From Rebecca billardiae RCC1528 (lineage: Eukaryota > Protista > Haptophyta): a DNA stretch of 64,000 bases. The notes under the pieces are model-generated. The model was given only the letters and a program-made list of their open reading frames with translations, had not been told where the DNA came from and ran no database searches. Shown here one piece after another: positions 20,236-30,979 of the stretch. The position numbers were made by a program, and so were the translations under genes. Each line of letters opens with the position of its first letter. Position 1 is the first letter of the stretch. The stretch spans positions 682,001-746,000 of the forward strand of contig OZ251231.1 in NCBI GenBank assembly GCA_965240325.2. The letters are read 5' to 3'.

Positions 20236-21459
20236 CGTGTCACGTGCTCGTGCACGTCAGCCTGCTGATACGCCGCCGCCCATCGGCACTTCTGGCATCT
20301 GCGCGCGCAGCTGCTGCAGCTCGACGGCGGAGTCGTCGCGGCTGGCGGCGAGGGTGCGCACCGCGTCGATTGCCGAGGCCTGCAGCCCGGTGATCGCCGC
20401 GTCGACGCGCGCGGCGATTTCCCCACGCAGCTCCTCGCGCCACGTGGCCGCCGCTCGCGTGGCAGGCAGCTGGGCACCGCTGCGCGACCCGGAACCGGCG
20501 CGCGTTTCACTGATGCTCCTGCTCGTCCTCACGCTGCTGCACCTCCGCGCCGCCGTCGACCGAGTTGAGGAGGAGCTCGCGCTCGGCGTCGAGGCGCGAG
20601 CTCGCGTGCTCGAGCTCGCCCTTCAGCCGCGCGAGCTCCGGGCGCATCCGGCTCATCAGCTCTGCCGCGCCCGCTCGCTCGCAGCGGCGCGCTCTGCTCC
20701 GGGCGGCGAGCGACGAGCTCGCGTGCTCCGGACTCGGCTCGCCCTTGCGCGCTGCTCCTCGAGTGACGAACGCCTGCGGGGCACGAACGAAAGTCGGTGA
20801 TCAACCGCGCAGCGCCACCGCTGCCGAGTGCGCCCTCCGCCGCCAGCACCTTGCGGACCTGGCCAAGGAGCTGCTTGATCGCTTTTGTTGACGTACGCCG
20901 TACTCGCTCGCGGCGCCGGGGATGGTCTGCTTGTGCCTGGCGACGGAGATGGCGGCAGCGGTGCTCTGGAACGTGGTGTTGTTCACCCGCGTCACCGTCC
21001 TCGAGTCGAGCAGCGCGTTCAATACGCGGCGAACGTAGTCCTGGTCGGCGTCGCCGGTCGAGGTGCTGCTTGCCATCGCCCCCCACCCACGTGCGATCGG
21101 GCCCACCTCTGTTGTTTTGCGTCGGTGACGGGGCCGCGACGACTTGACGGGAGCATCTTCAATAATCTATGATCATCTCAGGGTTATTACTACGTGAAGC
21201 GGTAGAATAGAATTTCATTTACGAGCATTGATACGACGCGGTGCAACGTGAAGCGGTTTTTTTAAGATACGACGCGGTCTAATGACCCATTGTTCATACA
21301 TGTACATGAATGGGTCGTCATAAACGGCGGGCGGCTCATTTATGACCAGACCGGGCCCTGGGTGATTGATGATCAGAACCCGCAAAAGCTAGCGGCAGTC
21401 CAGCACACAAGTAATGAATTAATAACAAGCGCAGTCCAGCACACAAGTAATGAACGAAT

Positions 21460-21807
21460 GGCCCGCGGTGCCGGCTGGCTATCTAGATACGTCGTCATCG
21501 CTCCTTGATGACCTTGCGGCAATCTCATTGGCTGGAAAAAATCGCTTGTAACGGTTCGTTACGTTATGGATCCTAAAGGGCGTGAAGTTTTTTGGACGGG
21601 CGTCACTCCAATATGAACTTGCCGTGGGCGCGACCTTTTTCGACGCTAATGCACCTGTAAGGGAGTCTCAAAATTCGAAACTCGGTCTCCTCCAGCCCTG
21701 AAAATCGTCCCCCGTCCCTTTTTTCTTGATCAAAGATCTTTTTGAAACGTTGTTCGGGCCCGCTGGTGCGGGCTCCACGCTGCGCGCTCCGCCCTGCACC
21801 GCGGGCC
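21460..21807 (-). mobile_element. ~350-bp MITE (family D), intact copy, 12-bp TIR, AT flanks
   Basis: AT|GGCCCGCGGTGC ... GCACCGCGGGCC|AT. Confidence 0.8.
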
Positions 21808-22107
21808 ATAATGATTACTTTCGTCATGGCGCACGACCCATCAATCAGTGATCAGGCATTGGCACCCACCCACCCAGACCCACCCACCCACCCAAGGCTG
21901 AGCGTGAGCGGAGGGGGGGGGGGGGGCGACACACGTGGTCCGCAAAATCAAAACATGCGCAGTTTGAGCTATAATGCGTGCATGTCGATTTTATTGATGG
22001 GGGAAGGTACGTAGTGAGTGGATATGCCAGTCCGCTGATTAGATTTGATTGCGTTTGTACTACCGCGTTCGCCGTTCCCGCCCGGACCCGCCCATATTAA
22101 TCCCTAT

Positions 22108-22110
<3 letters not shown>

Positions 22111-22142
<32 letters not shown>
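22111..22142. repeat. (CA)n microsatellite
   Basis: Direct reading. Confidence 0.9.
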
Positions 22143-22148
<6 letters not shown>

Positions 22149-23099
22149 GCCAAGCCTAGCTTACAGAAATTCAATCATAATGCCTGGCGCCAATAAATAG
22201 AAACGCGAAAATGTTGGACCTTTCCCAGATCGAGATCCGCCTCTTGATACAGTAGCTGACAATCGGCGTATTGACTCAAAGCCTCAATGCGGCAGTGAGT
22301 CAATGCGGCGGGTGTCAAGATCGATCAGTATTCAAATTTTCTCTATTGAAATTACAACCAAATAAGCCCTGATGAATCGAACATAGCTTATTCTCTCTGC
22401 TAATGAGATTCAATGTGAAGGCGATTGCCCGCGATTACCCGCGCGACTCAAGTGTAAGTAAGCCTGAACTCAGCAGCTCGCCGATCAGCATAGGAATGAA
22501 ACGTGAATATAAAGGTCGCCTCTCCATACAGTAGTCAAGAGACGCACACAGCTCCGAAGGCAGGCGAGATAACAATCTCGGCCGTGTGCCCGATTCGGGC
22601 GCGGCGGAGGCGGACTCGGAGACTGACATACCCCTTGCCCTCCTTGCGCCGCGCAACGCCGCCCACGCGCATCGCCGCTCGCACGCGCAGGCACTGCCAG
22701 TGCCATATTCCTTGCCCTCCTCGCGCCGCGCAGCGCTGCCCACGCGCATCGCCACTCGCACGAGTGCAGGCCCTCCTTGACCTTCCGCGCGCGTGCGGCC
22801 GAGGCCGCCGAGGGCTCCGCCACCGGGCCGGCCAGATGCGGCTGATGCCGGGGCCTCGCCGAGACTTGACTGAAGCGTGATGGGTGGTGCCATGCGCCTG
22901 CCAGTGGTGCTAATCTGCCCTACTGTACTGACCGTCAGGGCACTCTAAAAGTAACTACATCAGACTTTTTTACTAACGAATAGAATAAAGTTAATAAAGA
23001 GACGCGCGCACACAGCTCTCCGCTCAGGTGTGCAGCAGGCAAGGGAGGTCCGGGCCGGTCGGGAGCTCCCAGCGAGCGGCCAGCGCGACGTCACTGCAA

Positions 23100-24109
23100 A
23101 GTTTTCCCTGAGCGCCGGGCGGCGGCAGCGGCGAGGGCGAGTACTCCGCTGGCGGGGCGCGCACGGGGCACAGCGCTGCGGGCGCGGATGTGCCCGCAGA
23201 GCCGGCGCGCGCGGACGGGCTGTTGCGGGAGAGTACTCGGCGCCCTCCTGCGCCGCGCGTCTTGCGCCACGCCTCTTTCGCCTCGGCTCAGGGCAGCGCG
23301 CACATTCGCGCCGCGTCAACGGGCCAGCCTTGCCTGCGCCGCAGCCGACCGCGCGCGCGCCGTGCGCGGCGTGGTCGGGAAGGAACGGGCGCTGCCGCGG
23401 GGCGAGGTGGCGACACCATGCGCGCACGCCATGCCGCCCCGCCACGCCTTGACGAGCGTGTCGTCGGTCCGTTTGCATGCCTCTTTGACTTGTCACAAAT
23501 GGTGTGCACGGCCGTGCGGTCGTGTCACTCGTGACCCTTGTCGGGACGATCATTGAGACGCAGAACAGTGCCAGACGGGCGCGCGGGCTACTCTTACATG
23601 GATATTCATCACCGTGTGGTCAAGTAGAGGTGCTGGATGCGACGCTTTCCTCGCGCTGATGCTCTTTCATCATCTTCTTCGAGCTCAGGTCCGTGGCCGT
23701 TGGCACGACAAGTGATCAGCACTCGTCAACAGCTGTGCAGATCTATTTCCGTGCCCTTTCGCGGCATCACGGGGCGGCATGGCGTGCGCGCATGGTGTCG
23801 CCACCTCGCCCCGCGGCAGCGCCCGTTCCTTCCCGACCACGCCGCGCACGGCGCGCGCGCGGTCGGCTGCGGCGCAGGCAAGGCTGGCCTTGACGCGGCG
23901 CGAATGTGCGCGCTGCCCTGAGCCGAGGCGAAAGAGGCGTGGCGCAAGACGCGCGGCGCAGGAGGGCGCCGAGTACTCTCCCGCAACAGCCCGTCCGCGC
24001 GCGCCGGCTCTGCGGGCACATCCGCGCCCGCAGCGCTGTGCCCCGTGCGCGCCCCGCCAGCGGAGTACTCGCCCTCGCCGCTGCCGCCGCCCGGCGCTCA
24101 GGGAAAACT
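23100..24109. mobile_element. Foldback element, ~340-bp TIRs, possible CAA target duplication
   Basis: Arms 23100-23441 and 23770-24109 are near-perfect reverse complements (AGTTTTCCCTGAGC...GCTCAGGGAAAACT); CAA lies on both flanks. Confidence 0.75.
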
Positions 24110-24211
24110 CAAAGACCACCTTGGTCTGCCGCCTGCCGCGCCGCGCCGGTGGCGGACGCCGTCGGACTCCACTCCATCACATGGCCGGAGGGCCGGCGGG
24201 GCAGCCCTGCC

Positions 24212-27200
24212 ATGCGCGGTCGCGCGCTGCTATGGCTGCTGGCATGCGCGGCGTGGCTTGCTGCGCGCGTGCACGCTCCTTCTGCTCCCGCCAAGGCGCC
24301 CGACGCATCGCCTGAGCGCGACCCGGGCCCCCTGGGCGGCGCAGACAGCTTCCTGCTCAGCGCATCGCAGCGCGCGGCCTTGACGGCGCCATTGCCGCCC
24401 GTCATCTTTGCCAAGACGCACAAGACCGCCTCGTCGACGGTGCTCAACATCCTGCATCGTGCGGCCGACCTGCGCAACCTCAGTGTCATGCTGCCTCGAG
24501 TCGCCAGCGCGGGTGGACCGCGCGGGGCTCCTGCTCTGTCTGCGCTCGGATGGCCGCACGCGTTCCCTGGCTCGGGGTTCGAGCCGCCCTCGCACCAATT
24601 CGACGTGATCCTGTACCACGCGGTGCTAGACGCGTCGCGCATGCGCGCGTACGCGCGCGTGGTGCCGCCTCCACGCCGCGCGCTCATCGTGACGATCGTG
24701 CGCGAGCCAGTCGCCGCAGCTGAGAGCGCGTTCGCCTTCTTCGAAGCCCGGCGGTGCTGCGGTGCCGATGTGCCCGAGCACCTGCGCTGGCTTGAAGGCT
24801 TGCGCGCAGTGCGCTCCGTCGCCGAGGCCACGTTCCGCAACCCGCAGGCGCACGATCTGGGCTGGTACGCGCGGCACAACGGCTCGACCGCGCGCGACGG
24901 CGACGCGCGCGCCGTGCGAGAGTGGCTGCGCGCCGAGATTGAGGCCGAGATTGACCTGGTTCTGCTGACTGAGCGGCTCGAGGACGGGCTGCTCGTGCTG
25001 CGCGAGGCGCTGGGTGGGCCAGCCGCGCTCGCGCTCGAGGAGCTCGCGCACATCCGGCTCAAGGCGCGCGCCGTGAAGCCGCGCGCGCTCAGTGCCACTC
25101 CCGACGCACGCGCACGGCTGCTGCGAGCCAACAGCGTCGATGCGGCCCTGCACGCGCACTTCGCGGCGGCGTTCGAGCGCCGGTGGGCGCAGGCGCCCGC
25201 GCGCGTGCACCGCGAGCGTGAGGCCCTCAGTCAGCTGCTCGCGCGCCTCGAGCGCGCGTGCGCGCGCGCACCGGCGTGGTCGCGCCAGCTGCGCTCGGCG
25301 TCACGGCGTGGCGGCGCGCACGATGCCTCGCTCGCGGGCGCGCGCGCTGCGCCGCCGATCTGCGGGCACGAGCGCTGGGTTTGGATCGCACCCGGGGCGC
25401 CGGACGCCGCCGTCGACAGCGCGCGCGTGCGCAGTCACGCCCGTCTTCCTCCAGCTGGCGCGGCCGCACGCCCGCCGCCGGCGGACTCGGGGACTCGTGG
25501 CGCACCGGTCTGTCCCCTGGCCGTCCGCACCGACGAGTGGCCCTACAGGCAGCACCTGCTCAGCCGCGCGCTCGCTCGTCGCGAGCTCGAGCCCGTGCAC
25601 CTTGGCGGTGCAGCACGGCGCGAGCGGGTGGGCAGCGCGAGCGAGCACACGCGCGCGTGCGCGTACGCGCGGCCGCCCACGATGGCGATGGCGCGCTCTG
25701 GCGCGGACGCCGCCGTCGGCGCGGCGTCACTGCCGAGTGCACTGAATGAGTCCGCGCTGCCGCCCTTCACCGCGCTGCTGCTGGGATACGACGGCGCGCG
25801 GCTGCGGCTCAACGCCCTGCGCGTGCTCGGCGAGCTGCGCGCGCACCGCGCGTGCGTGCGCGCGCTGCTGGTCTGGAACGGCGGGGTGGCCGAGCTGCGC
25901 GCCGCCCTCGCGGCGGCAGGCAGCTCTGAGCCGCAGCTGCGCGCGGGCGCGCCCGGCGACGCGCCGCTCGAGCTGATCGTCGAGCCGCGCAACTCGCTGA
26001 ACAACCGGTACATGCACGGCGCGCGCGTGCCCACGCCCGTGTGCGTGATCGTCGACGACGACCTACGGCCGCAGTTTGCGCGAGAGCTCGCCTCGGCCGT
26101 GCTCGCGCACTGGGCGGCGCACCGCGAGCAGCTGGTGGGCGTGAGCGCGCGCGTCGTGCGCCCGCCCGGCGGGTACGTGCCGGTCAGTCGGGCGCGCGAC
26201 GTGCGCGAGGCGAACGCGCTGCTCCCGCACGTGCTCGCGGTGCCCAAAGCGCTGCTGTCCGCTTACTCGGCGCCGGCGAACGCGGCAGAGCGCGCGTGGG
26301 TCGACGCGGACGCGGCGCACTGCGACGACCTGCTGCTCAACTACGTGCAGCATGCGCGGCGGGGCGCGAGCGAGCACGCGCGGGCCGCGCTGCTCGCGGC
26401 GCCCGAGCACCTCATTCTGGACCTCAGCCTCGGCGGCGGGATCTCCGGTGGGCGCGGGGACAACCGCACGCGCGAGCGCGCCGCGTGCGCCGCGCACCTG
26501 CACGCGCGGCTGCGGCCGGGCGGGCCGCTGCCGCCCGTGGAGCTCGTGGGTGTGGCGTGGTCGTTCGTGGCGGCCATGCTGCCGCGCGAGCTCGGCTTCA
26601 TGCGCCGAGTGGCGCGCGCGGCAGGCGCGCCGGCGGTCGTCCGACGGCACTACGCGGACGGCGCGCGAGCGCCCGAGCGCGTGCGCGGCACACCGGAGCT
26701 CACGCCGAGCTCGGACGCGGACGGCCTCGGCGCGCCATGCGCTTCGTGCCCCGACCTTCTCGGCGTGGGCCTGCAGAAGGGCGGCACCACCGCCGTGCTC
26801 GCCACGCTTGGGGCGACGCTCGACGCGCTGCGTGCGCGTGGCGTGGCGCGCGAGGGCGCGCGCGAAGGCGCGCGCGAGGGTGCCGCGCCTGCGGTAATCG
26901 CTCAGAACGACATCCCGCAGACGTGGCGCTGGTGGGCACGGGGCCGAGTCGACAGGCAGGACGCAGCCTCCGTCTGCGCGGCGCTCGCCACCGTGCCCAG
27001 CCGAGACCCGCGCCGCCTCATCCCGCTGCAGCGCGCGACACCCCCCGACGGCGCAAGCCGCGGCGGCGGCGCGGCGGCGCACGAGGACGGTGCTGCGGCG
27101 ACGGCGACGGCGTCCGATCCGAGCGGCTCGTTCGCGCGGGGCGCGCCGCTTGTGCTCGCCAAGGAAGCGAGCCTCACGCCGTACGCGCGCACCCTGCTCG

Positions 27201-30200
27201 CCGCGGCCGGCCCTGCCGCCTGCCCCGCGCACACGCGCTTCTATCTTGTCGTCCGCGCGCCGCTCGCAACCGCGCGCGCGCTTCTGCGAAGCGCAGGGTT
27301 GGAGCACCTGGCTCGGAGCTCGCTGCGCGAGGCGCTGGCCGAGCCCGACGCCGAGCGCGGCGCAGGGCTGGCTGCTCGCGGCGGCGAGGCCGCTCGCGCT
27401 GGCGAGGCTGCTCGCGAGGCCGTGTGGCGCGCCATCCTCCTCCGCTCCGCAGGCTACTCCGGTTACTCCGGTTTCTCCGAGACGGTGTCGCGCGCGCGCG
27501 CTGCGCGCACTCGGCTGCCCTCTGCCGTCCCCGCAGCGAGCGAGCGCAACCGCTCGGCACAGCCCGGTACGCCCAGCGGGAGCGGCAGCGGCGGCACGGT
27601 CATTGGCCAGCTGCTCTCACTCTGGGCACGCTTCGCAGGGCATGAGTACGCCGCTGCTCGGCGCGTCGCCGAGCGCGCCGCGGCCGACGCTGCGGCCGAC
27701 GCGCCGCGCGCGCGCACGGCGGCGCGGGCCTATCAGACAGATGGCGACGGCGGCGCGGCTGGCGCAGGCAGCGCGCGGCGCATACGGCTGGGCGCGATAC
27801 GGTACGAGGACTTTGTGCGCGACCCTCTGCGCGCAGCCGGCGCGCTGCTCGAGGAGCTCGGGCTCACGACGAGCGCGCACATGCGCGAGCTCGAGCGCTC
27901 GGAGCACGGCTCGGCCGTGCGAGCGTTTGCCCAGACGCGCTGGCAGCGCCGAGCGCGCGCGCCGGCGGCCACAGCCGCCGTGTGCGCCGGCGTCGGCGAC
28001 GGCGTCGGCGGCGGCGCGTGCTTCGAGCGCGCGCAGTGCGCGGCGGCGCTCGAGCTGCCCGCCGTGCGCCGCGCGGCTGCGCTGTGGGGCTACGAGCTGC
28101 ACGCCCGCAACTGCACCGAGCGCGCTCTCACCGGGAGCTGGCGCGGTCCCTTATCGGCGGCTCGGCTGCGGCTGACAGCGAGCCCGCCGCCGCCGGCCTC
28201 GCCGCCGCCAGCGCCGCCGGCTCCGCCGCCGCCCGCGCTGGGCTTCACGCCCCTCCGGTTCGCGTGCCCGCCGCCCGCCGCCGCCGCTCTCGCCGCCTCC
28301 GCGCGCCCGAGCCTCGCGGTGCTCACAGTTGTCAGCAGCTCGCGCGCGGCTCACGTCGCCGAGCTCGCGGCGCATTACATGGAGGAGGGCGCGGCGCATC
28401 TGTTCGTGGTGGACACCTCCGGGCCGTGGCAGCGCGGCGTGCGGGACGCGGTGGCGGCGCTGCCTCGCGGCTGGGCGACGCGCCTGCCCGCCGCGACGCT
28501 GCTCGGCGGGCGCGACGCCGCCGCCTCCGGCAGCGGCGCGCCCTCAGCTGGCACAGACGCGCTCACAGGCGAGCTGATAGCGACGACGCTGCTTCGCAAT
28601 CGTCACGCGCGCGCCGACGATGGCGGCGGCGGCGGCGGCGCGTGGCAGGCGCACCGCTACGACGCGCGCGTGCAGCGCAGGCTGCTCAACCGCGCGCTCG
28701 GCGTCGCGCGGCGCACGCCGCCGCCCGGCGCCGCGCCTGACGGCCGCTTCGAGTGGGTGCTTCCGATCGACTCCGACGAATACGTCACGTCGCGAGGGTG
28801 TGCGGGCACGCCTCTGGCCGATCTGCTCGGGGGGCCTCTGCGCACGTGCGCGCTCGTGTATCTGCCGTGGCTGGCGTTCTCGTGGGGCGGGCACGAGGCC
28901 GAGCCGTGCGGCGCGGAGCGTGACGCGGCGGAGTGGCGCTGGGCGCTGCGCGCGGCGGAGGCCGCGCGGCCGCGCGACGGTGAGATCGTTTCGCTCGACA
29001 GCGCGGCGGCGCGCGCGTCGGCCAGCGCCGGCCTTCTCAAGGACAAGTTCGCGCCCAAGCTGTCGGGGCTGAGCAAGTACGCGGTGCGGATGGACGCGGT
29101 GCTCGCGCTCGACCTGCACAGGCCGAGGCGCATGGCGCCGCACGCGGGCGGCGGGCAGCACGCGAGCTGCCTGATGGTCGGGCCAGCGGCGGAGCAGCGC
29201 AGCGCGCGCGGCCCTCCGACCGCCGATGGCGGCGGCGCGGACGCCGACGCGGATGCCGACGCAGACGCGGACGCGGACGCCGACGCCGACGCCGGCGCGG
29301 ACGAGGGTGGGCACGGCTCGAGGGCGCAGTGGCCGACGGCGTGGCGCATCGAGCACCCCTGGCCGCACGCGCACGCCGCGGCGCTCAACGTCTCCCTCAG
29401 CGAGGCGGCGGTGCCTGGACTCGTCCTCGCCAGCCACCACATGCGCGTGAGCTCGTGGGCGCAGTGGCGGGTCAAGACCGAGCCAGACCGCTACTACGCG
29501 GTCTGGTACGATCGGTTCACGGATGACGACGCGGCAGTCGACGCGGTGGCGAACCGGCGCGACGTGCACGACAGCTTCCTGCGCGATGTGCGCTCGCCGC
29601 GCGTGCGGCCGCGCGCGCGGCCCGCCACCGCGCGCCCGCCCGCCGCCAGCCAGCTGCACGCGGCGCACACGTGCGAGCCGGCTGGCGGCGCCGCCGCCGC
29701 GCCGGTCGGCGCCGCTGCCGCTGGGGCGGCGCGCGCGCCGGGCTGGCGGAGCTCGCTCCTCCGACAACCCTCCGTGTGCGCGGCCGCCGTCGCTTCGAGC
29801 ACGGCCCCAGCGACGGCCGTCGCTTCGAGCACGGCCCCAGCGACGGCCTCTGCGCGCGAGGCGGCACGCGCGCTCCGGCCAGCGCTCAAGCTGAGCCGTA
29901 TCCGCGGCGCGCCGGTGCGCGTGCTGAGCGCGGGCCTCGACGGCGCCGGATCGAGCGCGCTGTTCCTCGCGCTGTGCGCCGCGGGCGTGCCGAGCGTGCG
30001 CGGCGCCGAGGCGTGCCACGCTGGGCCTGAGGCGCTGCGCCGGCACCTGGCCCTGCTGGAGCTCTGGGACGAGCTCAGCGCGTGCGCGCGCTGCGCTGCG
30101 GCGCGCCGCGCGCGAGCTGGCGCCAGTACCGCTGACGCGGGCGCCTATGCTGGCGGATGCAACGGCACGGTGGGCCGGAGGGTGCTCGGGCTCGCAGCCG

Positions 30201-30979
30201 CGCCGCGCACGCTCGCGTGCGAGCGCCACGACTGGCTGCGTCGGCTGCACGCAGCCCTGCGCGCCGTCGTCCTCTCTGGCATCCACGCACTCCTCGATTC
30301 GCCCTACCCAGAGCTGCTGCCAGAGCTGCGCGCGCTCGCGCCGCGCGCGATCGTCGCTCACGCCGTGCGCGCGCCCAGTGAGTGGGCGCGGCGGCTCGTG
30401 CCGCACTCGCCGCCCGAGCTCGTCTGCAGGCGGCAGCGCGACACGCTCGCGCGCGCGCGCGGCGGCCGGCGCTCGCCGTGGCACATCGTCGCGTGCGTCG
30501 TGGCGGGCAAGGCGGGCGCACTTGGGGCAAGCTTCGCGCCGTGGCGCTTCGGGCGGCGCCCGCGAGCCGAGCCGCAAGCGCACGTTGGCGGCGCGGGCCT
30601 GGCAGCACGCGCACGACCAGAGCCGCTCGGGCTGCACGTGGCCGCGACCTCTGACGCGCTTGACGAGCAGGCGCTCGCACGCGCGTACGCGACGCACGGG
30701 CACCTCGTGCGCACGGCCATCCTCGCGCAGCACGCCCACGCGGCTGGCTCGAGGGCGGTGGCACACGGATACTGGGAGCTGTGCACACGCGACGGCAACA
30801 AGGCGCGGTACGAGCGAATGCGCGCGCAAGCCCTGGCGGGCATGGACGAGGCCTCAGGCTTGAGTCCACAGGTGGTGGGAGGCGTGAGCCTAGCCGCCAA
30901 CGTGTCGTGCGCCGGCATGGAGCTCTTCCTCCACGTGGCGGCCGAAGCGAGCTCGGCATACTTCCAATGCGAGCGATGA
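24212..30979 (+). CDS. Giant multidomain glycan-synthesis protein: Gal-3-O-sulfotransferase + GT64 (EXTL-like) + sulfotransferase + GT2/GT92-like + Sulfotransfer_4-like
   Basis: Signal peptide MRGRALLWLLAC at ATG 24212; FAKTHKTASSTV..IVREP; NSLNNRY..IVDDD..HCDDLLLNY; GVGLQKGGTT..VRAP..RYEDF; EWVLPIDSDEY; RVLSAGLDGAGSSAL..LLDSPY, all in one open frame. Confidence 0.8.
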   Translation: MRGRALLWLLACAAWLAARVHAPSAPAKAPDASPERDPGPLGGADSFLLSASQRAALTAPLPPVIFAKTHKTASSTVLNILHRAADLRNLSVMLPRVASAGGPRGAPALSALGWPHAFPGSGFEPPSHQFDVILYHAVLDASRMRAYARVVPPPRRALIVTIVREPVAAAESAFAFFEARRCCGADVPEHLRWLEGLRAVRSVAEATFRNPQAHDLGWYARHNGSTARDGDARAVREWLRAEIEAEIDLVLLTERLEDGLLVLREALGGPAALALEELAHIRLKARAVKPRALSATPDARARLLRANSVDAALHAHFAAAFERRWAQAPARVHREREALSQLLARLERACARAPAWSRQLRSASRRGGAHDASLAGARAAPPICGHERWVWIAPGAPDAAVDSARVRSHARLPPAGAAARPPPADSGTRGAPVCPLAVRTDEWPYRQHLLSRALARRELEPVHLGGAARRERVGSASEHTRACAYARPPTMAMARSGADAAVGAASLPSALNESALPPFTALLLGYDGARLRLNALRVLGELRAHRACVRALLVWNGGVAELRAALAAAGSSEPQLRAGAPGDAPLELIVEPRNSLNNRYMHGARVPTPVCVIVDDDLRPQFARELASAVLAHWAAHREQLVGVSARVVRPPGGYVPVSRARDVREANALLPHVLAVPKALLSAYSAPANAAERAWVDADAAHCDDLLLNYVQHARRGASEHARAALLAAPEHLILDLSLGGGISGGRGDNRTRERAACAAHLHARLRPGGPLPPVELVGVAWSFVAAMLPRELGFMRRVARAAGAPAVVRRHYADGARAPERVRGTPELTPSSDADGLGAPCASCPDLLGVGLQKGGTTAVLATLGATLDALRARGVAREGAREGAREGAAPAVIAQNDIPQTWRWWARGRVDRQDAASVCAALATVPSRDPRRLIPLQRATPPDGASRGGGAAAHEDGAAATATASDPSGSFARGAPLVLAKEASLTPYARTLLAAAGPAACPAHTRFYLVVRAPLATARALLRSAGLEHLARSSLREALAEPDAERGAGLAARGGEAARAGEAAREAVWRAILLRSAGYSGYSGFSETVSRARAARTRLPSAVPAASERNRSAQPGTPSGSGSGGTVIGQLLSLWARFAGHEYAAARRVAERAAADAAADAPRARTAARAYQTDGDGGAAGAGSARRIRLGAIRYEDFVRDPLRAAGALLEELGLTTSAHMRELERSEHGSAVRAFAQTRWQRRARAPAATAAVCAGVGDGVGGGACFERAQCAAALELPAVRRAAALWGYELHARNCTERALTGSWRGPLSAARLRLTASPPPPASPPPAPPAPPPPALGFTPLRFACPPPAAAALAASARPSLAVLTVVSSSRAAHVAELAAHYMEEGAAHLFVVDTSGPWQRGVRDAVAALPRGWATRLPAATLLGGRDAAASGSGAPSAGTDALTGELIATTLLRNRHARADDGGGGGGAWQAHRYDARVQRRLLNRALGVARRTPPPGAAPDGRFEWVLPIDSDEYVTSRGCAGTPLADLLGGPLRTCALVYLPWLAFSWGGHEAEPCGAERDAAEWRWALRAAEAARPRDGEIVSLDSAAARASASAGLLKDKFAPKLSGLSKYAVRMDAVLALDLHRPRRMAPHAGGGQHASCLMVGPAAEQRSARGPPTADGGGADADADADADADADADADAGADEGGHGSRAQWPTAWRIEHPWPHAHAAALNVSLSEAAVPGLVLASHHMRVSSWAQWRVKTEPDRYYAVWYDRFTDDDAAVDAVANRRDVHDSFLRDVRSPRVRPRARPATARPPAASQLHAAHTCEPAGGAAAAPVGAAAAGAARAPGWRSSLLRQPSVCAAAVASSTAPATAVASSTAPATASAREAARALRPALKLSRIRGAPVRVLSAGLDGAGSSALFLALCAAGVPSVRGAEACHAGPEALRRHLALLELWDELSACARCAAARRARAGASTADAGAYAGGCNGTVGRRVLGLAAAPRTLACERHDWLRRLHAALRAVVLSGIHALLDSPYPELLPELRALAPRAIVAHAVRAPSEWARRLVPHSPPELVCRRQRDTLARARGGRRSPWHIVACVVAGKAGALGASFAPWRFGRRPRAEPQAHVGGAGLAARARPEPLGLHVAATSDALDEQALARAYATHGHLVRTAILAQHAHAAGSRAVAHGYWELCTRDGNKARYERMRAQALAGMDEASGLSPQVVGGVSLAANVSCAGMELFLHVAAEASSAYFQCER

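Noticed and set aside
23906-24211. N-terminal extension of the 2357-aa ORF
   Set aside because: It lies mostly in the foldback arm; the signal peptide starts at ATG 24212.
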